From positions 16,306,001 to 16,370,000 of the forward strand of contig CATNEN010000038.1 of assembly GCA_950097015.1 (NCBI GenBank): 64,000 nucleotides of DNA, written 5' to 3'. Source of the stretch: Macrostomum hystrix (lineage: Eukaryota > Animalia > Platyhelminthes). This document shows, in pieces, positions 60,412 to 64,000 of the stretch. Position numbers and translations under genes: made by a program. The notes beneath the pieces were generated by a model. It was not told the origin of the DNA, searched no databases, and saw only the letters and a list, made by a program, of their open reading frames with translations. Position 1 is the stretch's first letter. Each line of letters opens with the position of its first letter.

Positions 60412-63400
60412 TCCAGTTAGAGATCTTGTGATTCTAGTGAGGGTTCTTGCTGCGATTCTAGTTAGGGATCCTGCTGCGATTCTAGTTAGGGATCCTGCTG
60501 CGATTCTAGTTAGGGATCTAGCTGCGATTCTAGTTAGGGATCCTGCTGCGATTCTAGTTAGGGATCCTGCTGCGATTCTAGTGAGGGTTCTTGCTGCGAT
60601 TCTAGTTAGGGATCCTCTTGCGATTCTAGTTAGGGATCCTGCTGCGATTCTAGTTAGGGATCTAGCTGCGATTCTTGTAAGGGATTCTGCTGCGATTCTA
60701 GCTTGGGATTCTGCTGCGATTCTTGTTATGGATCTTGCTGCGATTCTAGTTAGGGATCTAGCTGCGATTTCTAGTTAGGGATCCTGCTGCGATTCTAGTT
60801 AGGGATCTAGCTGCGATTCTAGTTAGGGATCTAGCTGCGATTCTAGTTAGGGATCCTGTGCGATTCTAGTTAGGGATCTAGCTGCGATTCTAGTGAGGGA
60901 TCCTGCTGCGATTCTAGTTAGGGATCTAGCTACGATTCTAGTTAGGGATCTAGCTGCGATTCTAGTTAGGGATCTAGCTGCGATTCTAGTGAGGGATCTA
61001 GAGTCTGCGATTCTAGTGAGGGATCTTGCTGTGATTCTAGTTAGGGATCCTGCTGCGATTCTAGTTAGGGATACTGTTGCGATTCTAGTTAGGGATCCTG
61101 CTGCGATTCTAGTTAGGGATCTAGCTGCGATTCTAGTGAGGGTTCTTGCTGCGATTCTAGTTAGGGATCCTGCTGCGATTCTAGTTAGGATCTAGCTGCG
61201 ATTCTAGTTAGGGATCCTGCTGCGATTCTAGTTAGGGATCTAGCTGCGATTCTAGTTAGGGATCCTGCTGCGATTCTAGTTAGGGATCTAGCTGCGATTC
61301 TAGTTAGGGATCTAGCTGCGATTCTAGTTAGGGATCTAGCTGCGATTCTAGTTAGGGATCCTGTGCGATTCTAGTTAGGGATCCTGCTGCGATTCTAGTG
61401 AGGGTTCTTGCTGCGATTCTAGTTAGTGATCCTGCTGCGATTCTAGTTAGGGATCCTGCTGCGATTCTAGTTAGGGATCTAGCTGCGATTCTAGTGAGGG
61501 TTCTTGCTGCGATTCTAGTTAGGGATCCTGCTGCGATTCTAGTTAGGGATCTAGCTGCGATTCTAGTTAGGGATCTAGCTGCGATTCTAGTTAGGGATCT
61601 AGAGTCTGCGATTCTAGTGAGGGATCTTGCTGTGATTCTAGTTAGGGATCCTGCTGCGATTCTAGTTAGGGATACTGTTGCGATTCTAGTTAGGGATCCT
61701 GCTGCGATTCTAGTTAGGGATCTAGCTGCGATTCTAGTGAGGGTTCTTGCTGCGATTCTAGTTAGGGATCCTGCTGCGATTCTAGTTAGGGATCCTGCTG
61801 CGATTCTAGTTAGGATCTAGCTGCGATTCTAGTTAGGGATCCTGCTGCGATTCTAGTTAGGGATCTAGCTGCGATTCTATTATAGTTAGGGATCTAGCTG
61901 CGATTCTAGTTAGGGATCCTGTGCGATTCTAGTTAGGGATCTAGCTGCGATTCTAGTGAGGGATCCTGCTGCGATTCTAGTTAGGGATCTAGCTGCGATT
62001 CTAGTGAGGGTTCTTGCTGCGATTCTAGTTAGGATCTAGCTGCGATTCTAGTTAGGGATCCTGCTGCGATTCTAGTTAGGGATCTAGCTGCGATTCTAGT
62101 TAGGGATCCTGCTGCGATTCTAGTTAGGGATCTAGCTGCGATTCTAGTTAGGGATCTAGCTGCGATTCTAGTTAGGGATCCTGTGCGATTCTAGTTAGGG
62201 ATCTAGCTGCGATTCTAGTGAGGGATCCTGCTGCGATTCTAGTTAGGGATCTAGCTACGATTCTAGTTAGGGATCTAGCTGCGATTCTAGTTAGGGATCT
62301 AGCTGCGATTCTAGTTAGGGATCTAGAGTCTGCGATTCTAGTGAGGGATCTTGCTGTGATTCTAGTTAGGGATCCTGCTGCGATTCTAGTTAGGGATACT
62401 GTTGCGATTCTAGTTAGGGATCCTGCTGCGATTCTAGTTAGGGATCTAGCTGCGATTCTAGTGAGGGGTCTTGCTGCGATTCTAGTTAGGGATCCTGCTG
62501 CGATTCTAGTTAGGGATCCTGCTGCGATTCTAGTTAGGATCTAGCTGCGATTCTAGTTAGGGATCCTGCTGCGATTCTAGTTAGGGATCTAGCTGCGATT
62601 CTAGTTAGGGATCTAGCTGCGATTCTAGTTAGGGATCCTGTGCGATTCTAGTTAGGGATCTAGCTGCGATTCTAGTGAGGGATCCTGCTGCGATTCTAGT
62701 TAGGGATCCTGCTGCGATTCTAGTGAGGGTTCTTGCTGCGATTCTAGTTAGTGATCCTGCTGCGATTCTAGTTAGGGATCCTGCTGCGATTCTAGTTAGG
62801 GATCTAGCTGCGATTCTAGTGAGGGTTCTTGCTGCGATTCTAGTTAGGGATCCTGCTGCGATTCTAGTTAGGGATCCTGCTGCGATTCTAGTTAGGATCT
62901 AGCTGCGATTCTAGTTAGGGATCCTGCTGCGATTCTAGTTAGGGATCTAGCTGCGATTCTAGTTAGGGATCTAGCTGCGATTCTAGTTAGGGATCCTGTG
63001 CGATTCTAGTTAGGGATCTAGCTGCGATTCTAGTGAGGGATCCTGCTGCGATTCTAGTTAGGGATCCTGCTGCGATTCTAGTGAGGGTTCTTGCTGCGAT
63101 TCTAGTTAGTGATCCTGCTGCGATTCTAGTTAGGGATCCTGCTGCGATTCTAGTTAGGGATCTAGCTGCGATTCTAGTTAGGGATCTAGCTGCGATTCTA
63201 GTGAGGGATCTTGCTGTGATTCTAGTTAGGGATCCTGCTGCGATTCTAGTTAGGGATCCTGTTGCGATTCTAGTAAGGGATCCTGCTGCGATTCTAGTTA
63301 GGGATCTAGCTGCGATTCTAGTGAGGGTTCTTGCTGCGATTCTAGTTAGGGATCCTGCTGCGATTCTAGTAAGGGTTCCTGCTGCGATTCTAGTTATGGA

Positions 63401-63570
63401 TCTTACTGCGATTCTTGTTATGGACTTTGCTGCGATTCTTGTAAGGGATTCTGCTGCGATTCTAGCTTGGGATTCTGCTGCGATTCTTGTTATGGATCTT
63501 GCTGCGATTCTTGTTAGGGATCTAGCTGCGATTCTAGTGAGGGATCCTGCTGCGATTCTAGTTGGGAATC
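60412..63570. repeat. 21-bp minisatellite, ~3.1 kb
   Basis: (GCTGCGATTCTAGTTAGGGATCCT / GATCTA)n with recurring variant blocks. Confidence 0.97.
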
Positions 63571-64000
63571 TTTCTATAGTATCAGGGATGTGGAGGCTTA
63601 ACTTCATCAGCATATAAGTTAGTTTAAAAAGTATGTTTTGTTGACTCGAAACGCAAAGCAATTGAGGCAGAAGCAATTTCTGATATCACTGCTTTGCATT
63701 TATTCCAATTGGATGCCTTGGTAATTTCTATTTAACTCATCAATAATGCACAGAGTACACTGTATTAAATAATATTTTAAGTTTGGGGCCTCTGAGCTGC
63801 ATGTATGGCACACAAGATCAGAGCTGCCTGACCTTTATGCTTTTGAAAGCAGATATAACTAGCAATATTCAGCTTTTAAATCATTATTTAAGTATTCGGA
63901 TGCTGAAGGCCATTTAACATTGATTAATAAAGCACACAAATGACGCCATGCAATTATTCTAAGCGAATGCATTCAGAACAAGAAAGAATTACAGTAAAAT

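Overview
Eukaryotic (metazoan) genomic DNA with intron-containing genes, many SINEs and a very high density of intronic minisatellites. The style (poly-CAG-rich coding exons, 20-45 bp tandem arrays in introns, closely spaced co-oriented genes) suggests a free-living flatworm such as Macrostomum; this is inference only. The left ~24 kb holds eight consecutive minus-strand genes, in transcription order: Flower/CACFD1, a CK1-family pseudokinase, a secreted C-type lectin, an unknown protein, NIPP1/PPP1R8, MRPL40, PPWD1 and an Mn-type CDF transporter. Several have a splice acceptor just upstream of the ATG, which suggests an SL trans-spliced operon. A ~29 kb SynGAP/DAB2IP/RASAL2-type RasGAP gene lies head-to-head on the plus strand (27.2-56.3 kb), with at least three candidate alternative first exons. 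The window also contains two tRNA-headed SINE families (one composite copy inside a TSD, with a shared target motif), a TTAA piggyBac-like MITE family, a Penelope-type minimal hammerhead ribozyme, and more than 20 distinct tandem arrays, many with palindromic cores and starting next to splice sites. Exon coordinates were read by eye and repeat boundaries are approximate.
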